Source: Dehalococcoidia bacterium
Lineage (GTDB): Bacteria > Chloroflexota > Dehalococcoidia > Dehalococcoidales > BS750m-G39
Length of the DNA: 64,000 bases
Direction of reading: 5' to 3'
Assembly (NCBI GenBank): GCA_030608005.1
Contig: JAUWIX010000001.1
Span: 14,375 to 78,374 of the forward strand
The notes under the pieces are model-generated. The model was not told the DNA's origin. It worked only from the letters and a program-made list of their open reading frames with translations, and searched no databases. The position numbers and the translations under genes were made by a program. Below are positions 27,788 through 37,065 of this stretch, piece by piece. The stretch's first letter is position 1. The number at the start of each line of letters is the position of its first letter.

Positions 27788-27930
27788 AGTAACCCCATCC
27801 CCTTTATCCCCTTCCCCTTGATAAGGGGAAGGGGAAATGATTCTATGAAGAGAGGCGAAGCCCCCTCTCTTCTATACTCCCCCTTCCCTTAACAAATTAC
27901 GAAGGGAAGGGGGTCAGGGGGATAGGTTCC
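27788..27930. repeat. two repeat elements head to head (reverse tail+B, then forward A-B-tail)
   Basis: agtaaccccatcccctttat is followed by ccccttcccc-ttgataa-ggggaagggg. Next comes aagagagg-cgaag-ccccctctctt. The last modules are cccccttccc...gggaaggggg and tcagggggataggttcc. Confidence 0.85.
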
Positions 27931-27964
27931 TTCCCTCCATTATCTCCCTTCCTAGCCTAACTGC

Positions 27965-28381
27965 CTATAATTGGATATAAGTCTTTGGGGCAAGATTGGT
28001 AGCAAAAGTCCAGACCGTGGCAATACCCTTTTTCACCCGGTAAACAGCTACTACTTCATACCCGTCTTTTTCTACCAGCGGCTTCAAGAATTGACGTTTA
28101 GCTATTATCTCCTTTTTCAGTTCCATATCTTCTACAAGTTCAGCAGTGCCGCTGACCCTTATCTGGATATTGTCCTTGTAATTGTTAAAACATAATTCCA
28201 CGTTTGGATTCTCAGATAATTGTTTGTATAAGTCCTTTATATTTTCTGTCTGGAGTATAATCCCATCTTCATCGGCTCTAAAAATACCCATACCGCGTAC
28301 ATGGGGTTTATTTCCTTCTACCGTGGCGAGATGGCAAGAGGGATTGGCATTCAAAAAGGCAAGTATTTCAGCTTTGTTCAT
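27965..28381 (-). CDS. pyridoxamine 5'-phosphate oxidase-family (FMN-binding split barrel) protein
   Basis: 138 aa. The N-terminus EILAFLNANPSCHLATVEGNKPHVRGM is typical of the PNPOx-like family. Confidence 0.7.
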   Translation of the reverse strand: MNKAEILAFLNANPSCHLATVEGNKPHVRGMGIFRADEDGIILQTENIKDLYKQLSENPNVELCFNNYKDNIQIRVSGTAELVEDMELKKEIIAKRQFLKPLVEKDGYEVVAVYRVKKGIATVWTFATNLAPKTYIQL

Positions 28382-28402
28382 AATAAACCTCCAATTTTGT
28401 TT

Positions 28403-29038
28403 TTATTCCTGAGATAAACGCCCTTGTAACATAATGTCCTTAACTGGTTTAAATGACTGGCGATGGATGGGGCACGGACCAAGCCTGGATAGGTAGGCAA
28501 GGTGCTCCCTTGTCCCATAGCCCTTATGTTGAGCCAAGTTATAGCCGGGATAGATTCTATCAAAGGCTACCATTAGCTGGTCCCGGGCTACTTTGGCAAT
28601 GATAGAGGCACAGGCTATGGAAAAGCATAAATTATCACCATCGGTTATTCCCTTTTGGGGTAGCTTGACCTCGGGAAGGCACATATAGTCTATGAGCAGG
28701 GATTGCGGCGGTGGTGAAAGCTGGTCTATGGCCCGTTTCATAGCCAGGCAGGTGGCTTTGATTATACCCTGGGCATCTATCAGGTAATGGGGAGCCATGC
28801 CGATGCCTATGGAAATGGCTATCTCATGGATACGGTGAAACAAAAGCTCTCGTCTGGCTGGACTTAACTGCTTACTATCTTTCACCTGGGTAAGCCAGGG
28901 GGCGTCTATATGATTGGGCAAAATGACGGCTGCGGCTACCACCGGACCAGCCAAGGCACCACGCCCAGCCTCATCAATGCCAGCAATGAGCTGGTAACCC
29001 TGCGCCTCAAGCAGTTCCTCTTCAGCAAAAGACGGCAT
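28403..29038 (-). CDS. rnhB: ribonuclease HII
   Basis: GIDEAGRGALAGPVVAAAV catalytic motif and DSKQLS. Length is 211 aa. Confidence 0.92.
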   Translation of the reverse strand: MPSFAEEELLEAQGYQLIAGIDEAGRGALAGPVVAAAVILPNHIDAPWLTQVKDSKQLSPARRELLFHRIHEIAISIGIGMAPHYLIDAQGIIKATCLAMKRAIDQLSPPPQSLLIDYMCLPEVKLPQKGITDGDNLCFSIACASIIAKVARDQLMVAFDRIYPGYNLAQHKGYGTREHLAYLSRLGPCPIHRQSFKPVKDIMLQGRLSQE

Positions 29039-30065
29039 CTATTATCCCCCCACCCAAGACAGCATCGCCCTGATAGAACACTATCGATTGCCCGGGAGCA
29101 ATTGCCCTCTGCGGCTCAAGAAAACAAACCTCAGCCACACTATCTTTGGGATGAAGTTCAGCGGATACCTCAGGTGCCTTATAGCGCACCTTAGCCGTTA
29201 TACTAATAGGCTCTGTGGGGGCTTCCCCCGATACCCAACTTAGCCTGCTGGCAATAAGCGCATTATGTAAAAGCCGGTCTTTGGTGCCCACCACTAATCT
29301 GTTACTGGCGGCATCCAGTTTTAGCACATATAGCTGCTCATCTGAGGCAAGCCCTAGCCCTTGCTTTTGTCCCACAGTGTATTGAGCCAAACCGCCATGT
29401 TTCCCCAAGACCTTGCCTGTTATGTCAACAATGTCCCCTGATTTGAGAGAGATATGCTCGGCTATAAATGACCGATAGTCATTATCGGGGATAAAGCAAA
29501 CATCCTGGCTGTCATGCCTGCTACTGGCGGGCAAGCCCAGCTCAGCAGCTAATTCCCTGACCTTCTCCTTGCTCAGCTCGTCCAAAGGCAATAGCAGGTG
29601 TTGAAGCTGCCTTTGCCCCAGAGTATAAAGGAAATAGGACTGGTCTTTAGTTATGTCAACTGCTTTCAGCAAGCAATAGCCATTCGGTGAGCGTTCTACT
29701 CTAGCATAATGACCGGTAGCTAAGTATTCTGCCCCCATTTCCAGCGCCCTCTCAAGGAGAAGACCAAATTTGATGTGCTGGTTGCAGACAATACACGGGT
29801 TTGGCGTCCGTCCCTGGCTATACTCCCGGCAAAAGTAGTCAATGACCAGGCTCTGAAATTCTCTCTCAAAGTCAAGCTTGTAGAGAGGTATATCCAGCAC
29901 CTGACAGGTGTGCTCTAAATCCGATATGGTGCCTGCTAGGTTATGGTCTGACCACAGCTGCATATAAACGCCAAACACCTCATAGCCATCCAGTTTCAGC
30001 AGGGCAGCCGCCACTGAGGAATCTACCCCGCCACTCATGGCTACCGCCACTCGCTTCTGGGACAT
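29022..30065 (-). CDS. mnmA: tRNA 2-thiouridine(34) synthase
   Basis: PP-loop VAMSGGVDSSVAA, the CN..IKF motif and TGHYAR. Length is 347 aa. Confidence 0.92.
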   Translation of the reverse strand: MSQKRVAVAMSGGVDSSVAAALLKLDGYEVFGVYMQLWSDHNLAGTISDLEHTCQVLDIPLYKLDFEREFQSLVIDYFCREYSQGRTPNPCIVCNQHIKFGLLLERALEMGAEYLATGHYARVERSPNGYCLLKAVDITKDQSYFLYTLGQRQLQHLLLPLDELSKEKVRELAAELGLPASSRHDSQDVCFIPDNDYRSFIAEHISLKSGDIVDITGKVLGKHGGLAQYTVGQKQGLGLASDEQLYVLKLDAASNRLVVGTKDRLLHNALIASRLSWVSGEAPTEPISITAKVRYKAPEVSAELHPKDSVAEVCFLEPQRAIAPGQSIVFYQGDAVLGGGIIDAVFC

Positions 30066-30074
30066 ATTTTTAAC

Positions 30075-30701
30075 TCACTCTCCTTGGTTTGAAAGCAGTT
30101 GCCTTACCCGCTTCCAGATAATCTGGGCTATTTTCTCTTTGCTCTGCGTGGCATCTACCACCAGCCATCGCTGTGGCTCATCGGTAACTAGCTTGAGATA
30201 GCCCTCCCGTACCCTCTGGTGAAAGGCTATATTCTCCTGCTCAAAGCGGTCTTGACTTTTCGCCCCCTTACGGGCAAACCCCTTCTCTGCTGATATATCC
30301 AGCAGAATGGTCAGGGCAGGTTTCAGTCCCTGAGTGGCAGCATTATTAGTAGCCTTGACCATTGCTAAATCCAGTCCCCGCCCGTAGCCCTGATAGGCAG
30401 TAGTGGAGTCGGCATAGCGGTCGCTGATAACCACCTTCCCGCTTTCCAGACTGGGTTGGATTACCTCGGTTACTAAATGGGCACGGGAGGCATTAAACAG
30501 CATTAGCTCGGTCAGTGGTGATATATCTGTACCTTGAGCCCACTTTAGCCAGTGACTAAGCTTCCTACCAAGGGGAGTACCACCAGGTTCATGGGTCAGG
30601 AGGACAGGAATAGCTAACTGCGATAGTCTTCGGTATAGCTCTTTGGCTTGGACACTCTTACCACTCCCCTCCCCTCCCTCAAAGGTGATGAATAGAGGCA
30701 T
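30075..30701 (-). CDS. tmk: thymidylate kinase
   Basis: FITFEGGEGSGKS P-loop and DRY..S..AYQG. Length is 208 aa. Confidence 0.92.
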   Translation of the reverse strand: MPLFITFEGGEGSGKSVQAKELYRRLSQLAIPVLLTHEPGGTPLGRKLSHWLKWAQGTDISPLTELMLFNASRAHLVTEVIQPSLESGKVVISDRYADSTTAYQGYGRGLDLAMVKATNNAATQGLKPALTILLDISAEKGFARKGAKSQDRFEQENIAFHQRVREGYLKLVTDEPQRWLVVDATQSKEKIAQIIWKRVRQLLSNQGE

Positions 30702-30704
30702 AAT

Positions 30705-32234
30705 TTATACCTTTGTCTCTTGCTTAAAAATCCTCACCCTTCTATGGGGGTCTTTGCCTAGGCTTTTTGAGGACAGGTCGTTTCGCTCGGCTATCAAGTG
30801 CTGTAAGCGCCGAATATAGGCGCTCTGGGAGCTGAGTTCCACCGTTTCCCGTCCCCTCTTTACCTGATTAACCGCTTCTTCCGCCTCACCGAGGGCGAGT
30901 TTAAACAGGCCTGCCTTGTCTGTGCTATCCGTAGGGTAGATAGCATCTAATAGCTGCCTGATTTGAGCCGGTGTGTTGCTCTTGAGCACATAGATGGGTA
31001 GGTTTAACGCTTCGGCATCCTTGACCCTCTGAGGCTTCCGCCGATAGTAACTCTTAGAGGTTATAAACAAGTTGGCATAATTTAAGCTATTGACTATATT
31101 CGGGCTCAATCGCATCTCTCCTGCCATTTGCTCCATCCGTCCTCGATTTACGCCGAAGAGATAAAGCCTAGGTAGATTGTTCCCTCTGACCTGCGGCTTA
31201 ATCTTGGCAGTTTTTTGCGCTGTGGTCGCTGGCGTTTCCTTTCTGCTTCTGACCTCCCCCTTCTCATCAAGCCAGCGAGTCTCGGTGGCTATAGGTTGAC
31301 CACGCAGGAGAGCATCAACTGCTTCGCCGACATCAGGATGAATGGCTACCTTGTCCCAGTCTTGGATTTCGACCACAATATCAAAGGTAGGCGGTGACAT
31401 ACGCTCCAGTATGGACTTCTGGGTGCCCCTTCGCTTTGCCTCTTCATCGCCCAGGGTTACCGTCTGAATACCGCCAATAAGGTCGGCTAAGGTAGGGTTC
31501 ATCACCAGGTTTTCCAGAGTGTTACCGTGGGCTGTGCCGACAAGTTGAACCCCACGCTCAGCGATAGTTCGAGCTGCCTGAGCTTCAAGCTCAGTGCCAA
31601 TCTCATCAATGATGATTACCTCAGGCATATGATTTTCCACCGCTTCAATCATTACCGCATGTTGCATGGTGGGAGTGGTTACCTGCATTCGCCGGGCGTG
31701 CCCAATGGCTGGGTGAGGAATATCACCATCGCCGGCAATCTCATTTGAGGTATCTACGATGATGACCCGCTTATCCAGGTCGTCGGCTAGCACTCGGGCT
31801 ACCTCGCGCAGCATGGTTGTTTTGCCCACCCCTGGGCGACCTAAAAGCAGGACACTTTTGCCTGATTGGATGAGGTCTTCAATAACCTTTATGGTGCCAA
31901 AGATGGCTCTGCCCACACGGCAGGTAAGCCCAATAATACGCCCCTTGCGGTTACGAATGGCTGAGATTCGGTGTAAGGTGCGCTCAATTCCAGCACGGTT
32001 GTCATCCCCAAAGCTACTGACGCGGGAGGCAACATAATCAATGTCCTGTTCATTAACTTCCTTGGGGATGAGAACCACTTCCCGCTGGGGGAAGCGAGCT
32101 TCTGGGGAGCGACCTAGGTCAAGGACTACTTCTAACAGTTCGCTGATATCTTTTTGTTGGTATAGCGGCTGGCGAATATGTGGTGGCAAAATGTCAGTCA
32201 GAGCATCTAGGTCGTCGGTGATTACCTTCTGCAA
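30705..32234 (-). CDS. R3H-domain AAA ATPase (Ycf45 / SpoIIIAA-like)
   Basis: Walker A GRPGVGKTT and Walker B IIIDEIG. DTSNEIAGDGDIPHP..G.ARRMQV is typical of the ycf45-like family. The C-terminus has an R3H-like region. Confidence 0.75.
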   Translation of the reverse strand: MQKVITDDLDALTDILPPHIRQPLYQQKDISELLEVVLDLGRSPEARFPQREVVLIPKEVNEQDIDYVASRVSSFGDDNRAGIERTLHRISAIRNRKGRIIGLTCRVGRAIFGTIKVIEDLIQSGKSVLLLGRPGVGKTTMLREVARVLADDLDKRVIIVDTSNEIAGDGDIPHPAIGHARRMQVTTPTMQHAVMIEAVENHMPEVIIIDEIGTELEAQAARTIAERGVQLVGTAHGNTLENLVMNPTLADLIGGIQTVTLGDEEAKRRGTQKSILERMSPPTFDIVVEIQDWDKVAIHPDVGEAVDALLRGQPIATETRWLDEKGEVRSRKETPATTAQKTAKIKPQVRGNNLPRLYLFGVNRGRMEQMAGEMRLSPNIVNSLNYANLFITSKSYYRRKPQRVKDAEALNLPIYVLKSNTPAQIRQLLDAIYPTDSTDKAGLFKLALGEAEEAVNQVKRGRETVELSSQSAYIRRLQHLIAERNDLSSKSLGKDPHRRVRIFKQETKV

Positions 32235-32255
32235 AAATTGCCTCCTAACTTAAGC

Positions 32256-32834
32256 TCATTGGTGCCCGGCTACAATATCCAGGAAATATCGGTGAAATCT
32301 CAGGTCACCAGTTAGTTCTGGGTGAAAAGCAGAAGCCAGCGTATTCCCTTGTCTAGCAGCGACGCTGGTGCTATCATCTAACCTGGCTAATATCTCTACT
32401 TCGCTACTTGCCTGCTCAATTATCGGGGCTCGGATAAAGATGCCGGGAAAGGGCTTTTCTCCCAGCACTACTATTGGTAGCTCAGTCTCAAAGCTTTCCT
32501 TTTGCCTGCCAAAGGCATTACGTCTAACCGTTATGGCCATAACCCCTAAAGGCTTTATGTCCGAATCTGAAGTCTTGCTGGCTAGAAGTATCATGCCAGC
32601 GCAAGTTCCAAATACTGGCAAACCGTTTTTAGCCAGATTTACTATTTCGCTCAGCAGGTTGTAGCTTAGCATCAACTTGCTGATAGAGGTGCTTTCTCCG
32701 CCAGGAATAACTAACCCGTCCAAGCCGTTAAGTTCTTTGGGTAAGCGGACGGGCAAAGCCTCTACCTTAAGGCGGTGCAATACAGCTATATGCTCAGCAA
32801 AGGCTCCTTGCAAAGCAAGGACGCCAATTCTCAT
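32256..32834 (-). CDS. pdxT: pyridoxal 5'-phosphate synthase glutaminase subunit
   Basis: MRIGVLALQGAF start, catalytic GTCAGMI, and FHPE near the C-terminus. The ATG at 32834 lies 1 nt after the pdxS stop. Confidence 0.92.
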   Translation of the reverse strand: MRIGVLALQGAFAEHIAVLHRLKVEALPVRLPKELNGLDGLVIPGGESTSISKLMLSYNLLSEIVNLAKNGLPVFGTCAGMILLASKTSDSDIKPLGVMAITVRRNAFGRQKESFETELPIVVLGEKPFPGIFIRAPIIEQASSEVEILARLDDSTSVAARQGNTLASAFHPELTGDLRFHRYFLDIVAGHQ

Positions 32835-32835
32835 A

Positions 32836-33717
32836 CTACCATCCCCTAGATGCCAACAGTTCTTCAACAGGGATTTGCTTTATATCCAATCCGGGCATGG
32901 CCTCTCCCAGATTCTTGGAGACCTCAGCAATGATTTTAGGGTCTTGAAAGTGGGTAGTAGCCTCAACTATAGCCTTGGCTCTAACCTCTGGGTTACTGGA
33001 TTTGAATATACCAGAGCCAACGAAGACGCCATCGGCACCTAGCTGCATCATCAGGGCAGCATCAGCCGGGGTAGCTACTCCGCCAGCGGCAAAGTTGACC
33101 ACAGGTAGCTTCCCTGTTTTATGTATCTCAGCGACTAGTTCAAAGGGGGCTCCCATTTCCTTAGCCTGTGTCATTAGCTCGTCCTGAGGCGCATCTGCCA
33201 GTTTGCGGATGCCGTCCATCACTGCCCGCATATGTCTGACCGCCTCTACAATATTACCGGTGCCGGCTTCGCCTTTGGTTCTAATCATAGCTGCCCCCTC
33301 TCCGATGCGCCGAAGTGCCTCACCCAAATCTCGGCAACCACAAACGAAGGGAACCTTGAAGTCGTGCTTCCAGATATGATGGCTTTCATCAGCAGGGGTA
33401 AGCACTTCAGACTCATCTATGAAATCTACGCCAAGAGCCTCAAGGGCTTGAGCCTCCACGAAGTGACCTATGCGGCACTTAGCCATTACCGGGATAGAAA
33501 CCGTCTCCATAATGGCTTCAATAATCGTTGGGTCAGCCATACGGGCTACACCGCCAGCAGCTCTAATATCGGCTGGCACCCTCTCCAGCGCCATCACGGC
33601 GCAGGCGCCTGCCTCCTGAGCAATCTTGGCTTGCTCTGCGTTGACCACATCCATAATCACCCCGCCCTTTAGCATTTGGGCTAGCCCAGCTTTGACCTTC
33701 CACGTGCCAGTTTCCAT
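32836..33717 (-). CDS. pdxS: pyridoxal 5'-phosphate synthase lyase subunit
   Basis: [24 protein letters not shown] and [11 protein letters not shown] are present. The ATG at 33717 is preceded by AAGGAG. Confidence 0.93.
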   Translation of the reverse strand: METGTWKVKAGLAQMLKGGVIMDVVNAEQAKIAQEAGACAVMALERVPADIRAAGGVARMADPTIIEAIMETVSIPVMAKCRIGHFVEAQALEALGVDFIDESEVLTPADESHHIWKHDFKVPFVCGCRDLGEALRRIGEGAAMIRTKGEAGTGNIVEAVRHMRAVMDGIRKLADAPQDELMTQAKEMGAPFELVAEIHKTGKLPVVNFAAGGVATPADAALMMQLGADGVFVGSGIFKSSNPEVRAKAIVEATTHFQDPKIIAEVSKNLGEAMPGLDIKQIPVEELLASRGW

Positions 33718-33932
33718 ATCTTTCTCCTTACCCCACGGCAAAACTCGTGACTTTTTATAGATATATTCTACTATTGTTTAAGTAGTTTATCAACCTTCAG
33801 CCATTTAACGCCCTCTCATCTGATAGCCAAAGTTAATATAATCTACCCTGGTTAAAATCTGCCACATAGTATTGTCTCTCTATTTAGCCCAAAGAAGTGC
33901 AGTCCCCAATATCAACGAAAGGGCGGTTTCAG

Positions 33933-34061
33933 ATGAGTAAATCTGGCGAAGAACAGGTGATAAGGAGTAATCATCGGGGCTGCCATGGTGGTTGTGGCGT
34001 GCTGGTACATGCTAAAGATGGTACTATTGTCATGTTATTGAAGGCCTGCAACAGACACTGA
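33933..34061 (+). pseudogene. N-terminal remnant of a molybdopterin oxidoreductase (4Fe-4S Mo/W-bisPGD domain)
   Basis: The 42-codon ORF MSKSGEEQVIRSNHRGCHGGCGVLVHAKDGTIV... has the C-x3-CG-[VI]-x-[VA]-x-V-x-[DQ]-G pattern seen at the N-terminus of the 61121 protein. It then diverges and stops 10 nt from tRNA-Thr. Confidence 0.5.
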
Positions 34062-34070
34062 ATCTGATAT

Positions 34071-34142
34071 AGCCAGCGGTCAGATTCGAACTGACGACCG
34101 GCGGTTTACGAAACCGCTGCTCTACCCCTGAGCTACACTGGC
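34071..34142 (-). tRNA. tRNA-Thr (anticodon CGT)
   Basis: Manual cloverleaf: acceptor GCCAGTG/CGCTGGC, D arm GCTC-AGGGGTA-GAGC, anticodon loop TTCGTAA, T arm GTCAG-TTCGAAT-CTGAC. No CCA is encoded. Confidence 0.9.
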
Positions 34143-34240
34143 TTTATCTAAGTATAGCACAAAATCGCTTGGCTAATAAAAACCTCATGTTTTATAATAG
34201 ATGACACTGATTAATTAATCCAGGACTATGGAGGTGAAAA

Positions 34241-34516
34241 ATGACTATCGGAGCATGTGGCATTGCCTGCGAAGTCTGCACTCTCTATGACCAGAAAAAG
34301 TGCCCTGGCTGTGTTCCCGGGACTGATGAGGAAGCCCCTGCCAGACTGAAAGCACTAACGGAAATGGGGTTTCCCTGCCCCGTTCTGAAGTGTGCTATCA
34401 ACAGCCAGGTAGCCTATTGCCTGAGCTGCGATAAATTCCCCTGTGACGTTCACTATCGGTGGAGCCCATATAATAAGGAACTGCTTGACATCTTTAAGAA
34501 GATGTTAAACAGGTGA
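34241..34516 (+). CDS. DUF3795-like Cys-rich protein
   Basis: 91 aa with ACGIACEVC....KCPGC... and later C..C..FPC, as in DUF3795. Confidence 0.6.
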   Translation: MTIGACGIACEVCTLYDQKKCPGCVPGTDEEAPARLKALTEMGFPCPVLKCAINSQVAYCLSCDKFPCDVHYRWSPYNKELLDIFKKMLNR

Positions 34517-34522
34517 ATTTGG

Positions 34523-34801
34523 TTATATCTTCCCCAGCAATATTTTAATGAAGGGGAATAGACCGAGAAAGAGAATAAAAAGGGCACAGCCAACCGCAAC
34601 CGCCACCAGGTTTATCCCAGCAACCTCAGGTCCAAACTGCCATAAAACACTATCTAACAGGCTGCCCAAAAAGCCACCCGCCCAGCCCAAGCCTATAGTC
34701 CTAAGCCGCCCGGTAGGCATAACTACAGGTACCAGCTTATTGCCAACAAGCCTGAGTATAATGGCAATTGCCAGCAAAATAAAAAATCCAGCTACACTCA
34801 C
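34523..34801 (-). CDS. GlsB/YeaQ/YmgE-family small membrane protein
   Basis: 92 aa with 3 TM segments and a G-rich helix (GWAGGFLGSLL). Confidence 0.6.
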   Translation of the reverse strand: MSVAGFFILLAIAIILRLVGNKLVPVVMPTGRLRTIGLGWAGGFLGSLLDSVLWQFGPEVAGINLVAVAVGCALFILFLGLFPFIKILLGKI

Positions 34802-34884
34802 TCTAGCCCCAAGCTAGTTTAACAACTCAGCACTCTATGTCAAATTGTTGACGCTCAGATAGGGTTATGGTAGTATAAGAAGCT

Positions 34885-35817
34885 ATGCAGATAGAGGAAG
34901 AGCTGGTCAAGCTTTCAGCCGAAAAAGATATGCTACTAACCATTGGTGTTTTTGACGGCGTTCACCTCGGTCATAGATACCTGATTTCCCAATTAAAGGA
35001 GCTTGCCAAGCAGCAGAATTTGGTTAGTGGAGTGGTAACCTTTCGCCAGCATCCCAAAGAGGTGTTGTCACCTCAAACTAAGTTGCCATTCTTGACTAAC
35101 CTTGCCCAAAGAACAGACCTTCTCAAGAGTGAAGGCGTTGATGCTGTTGTTGTCCTGTCCTTCACTCCTGAGTTAGCCCAGCTCAGCGCTCGGCAATTCC
35201 TTGGTCTACTAAAGAAATACCTCAGAATGCGCGGAGCAGTAATTGGGTCTGACTTCGCCTTAGGTCGAAACAGAGAAGGCGATACCAATACCCTGCGCCA
35301 ACTGGGGCAGGAAATGGACTTCAGTGTAACCATAGTGCCCCCGATAGTAATAGATGGTGAGGTGGTAAGTAGCACAGCTATCAGGAATGCTCTAGCTGAA
35401 GGAGATATGAAACGGGTGCAGAAACTGGTTGGGCGTTCCTTCAGCCTTTATGGACATGTAATCCCCGGGGCAGGGCGAGGCATGGAGTTAGGCTTCCCCA
35501 CCGCCAATCTGGACATAGACCCACAGCAAGCTCTCCCCGCCGAGGGCGTTTATGTCGGCTGGGTTCATATTGATGACCAAACCCATCCCTCAATGACTAA
35601 CATTGGCAAGCGCCCTACCTTCGGTGGCAGAGAGCGTGTAGTAGAGGTTTATCTCCCTGACTACCATGGCGATCTATATGGGCAGGAGCTAACAATTGAT
35701 ATTGTTGAGCGACTTCGTGGCGAGAAAAAATTTGACACCCCAGAAGAATTGAAGAAACAGATAACAGAGGACATAAAACAAGGAAGAGCCATATTAAAAA
35801 CCAAAGGTGGAAACTAG
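34885..35817 (+). CDS. ribF: bifunctional riboflavin kinase / FAD synthetase
   Basis: IGVFDGVHLGH, and the C-terminal GFPTANL...GVY... kinase motifs. Confidence 0.92.
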   Translation: MQIEEELVKLSAEKDMLLTIGVFDGVHLGHRYLISQLKELAKQQNLVSGVVTFRQHPKEVLSPQTKLPFLTNLAQRTDLLKSEGVDAVVVLSFTPELAQLSARQFLGLLKKYLRMRGAVIGSDFALGRNREGDTNTLRQLGQEMDFSVTIVPPIVIDGEVVSSTAIRNALAEGDMKRVQKLVGRSFSLYGHVIPGAGRGMELGFPTANLDIDPQQALPAEGVYVGWVHIDDQTHPSMTNIGKRPTFGGRERVVEVYLPDYHGDLYGQELTIDIVERLRGEKKFDTPEELKKQITEDIKQGRAILKTKGGN

Positions 35818-35820
35818 GCT

Positions 35821-37053
35821 ATGTTCAGCCAAGATATCGGTTATGTGCTAAAGCGAGGGGTAGCTGAAATCATAGTAGAAGAAGAGATGGTTGAGCTACT
35901 GCGCTTAGGCAAAAAACTGCGGCTAAAGGAGGGTTTTGACCCCAGCTTCCCTGACATCCACCTTGGTCACATGGTTTCACTAAGAAAGCTACGCCAATTC
36001 CAGGAGCTGGGACATCAAATTGTTCTCATTGTTGGTGACTGGACGGCTCAGATTGGTGACCCCAGTGGTATGTCAGCCACACGACCTACACTATCCCCAG
36101 AGCAGGTTAAGGCTAACGCCGAAACCTATATGAAACAGTTCTTCAAGATAGTCGATAGGAAGAAGACAGAGGTGAGGTGGCAAAGTGAGTGGTTTGGCAA
36201 ATTTAGCCTCACTGATGTCATCCAGCTTACCAGCAAGTTCACCATTGCCCAATTGATGGCTCGAGAGGACTTCAGCACCAGATATAATGCAGGACGACCT
36301 ATCACTATGACTGAATTGCTCTACCCATTGCTCCAAGCCTATGATTCAGTAGCTATTCAGGCTGATGCCGAATTTGGCGGCACTGACCAGAAGTTTAATC
36401 TACTAGTAGGTAGGGAGCTTCAGTCCATGGTAGGGCAGCGTCCCCAACAGGTCTTTTTAGTCCCCATCCTCACCGGAACCGATGGCAGTCAAAAGATGAG
36501 CAAAAGCTTGAATAACTATATCGGTGTCGCTGAGCCACCTGACGAGGTATACGGCAAGGTGATGTCTATCCCTGATAGCCTTATCCTAGACTACTTCGAA
36601 CTGGTGACCGATGTCCCCGATGAGGAGCTAGCCGAATTCAGGCAAGAGCTTAAGAACGAAACCATTAACCCCATGACACTCAAGAAGCGTCTGGCTAGGG
36701 AAATTATCACCCAGCTCTACGAGCAACAGGCAGCTGCTGAAGCCGAGGAGCATTTTGTTAAGGTGTTCCAAAAGAGGGAAGCACCGGAAGAGATACCTGA
36801 ATATCGCCTGTCTTTTAGTGAACTAGTCCCTCAAAAAGGCAAATATAACGGCATTGATGTTAGCCGACTACTTACGGTAACTGACCTGGCTAAAAGCCGC
36901 AGCGAAGCTAATCGATTAATTATGCAAGGCGCTGTAGAAATAGATGGCGAAAGACTATATGATTATATTGCCCAGTTTGTCCAGAGTGGCAGCATTATCA
37001 AAGTAGGTAAGCGGCGCTTTGCTAAAGTGATTAATACTGATACACTAACATAG
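35821..37053 (+). CDS. tyrS: tyrosine-tRNA ligase
   Basis: Class I HIGH (HLGH) and KMSKS motifs, plus a C-terminal S4-like domain (SRSEANRLIMQGAV). Confidence 0.92.
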   Translation: MFSQDIGYVLKRGVAEIIVEEEMVELLRLGKKLRLKEGFDPSFPDIHLGHMVSLRKLRQFQELGHQIVLIVGDWTAQIGDPSGMSATRPTLSPEQVKANAETYMKQFFKIVDRKKTEVRWQSEWFGKFSLTDVIQLTSKFTIAQLMAREDFSTRYNAGRPITMTELLYPLLQAYDSVAIQADAEFGGTDQKFNLLVGRELQSMVGQRPQQVFLVPILTGTDGSQKMSKSLNNYIGVAEPPDEVYGKVMSIPDSLILDYFELVTDVPDEELAEFRQELKNETINPMTLKKRLAREIITQLYEQQAAAEAEEHFVKVFQKREAPEEIPEYRLSFSELVPQKGKYNGIDVSRLLTVTDLAKSRSEANRLIMQGAVEIDGERLYDYIAQFVQSGSIIKVGKRRFAKVINTDTLT

Positions 37054-37065
37054 TAAAGGAGATAA

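Noticed and set aside
27131-27930. Clusters of short, similar, palindromic repeats that could be mistaken for a CRISPR array.
   Set aside because: The repeat units are heterogeneous modules in both orientations and lack regularly sized unique spacers. They are scattered at many loci. There are no cas genes in the window.
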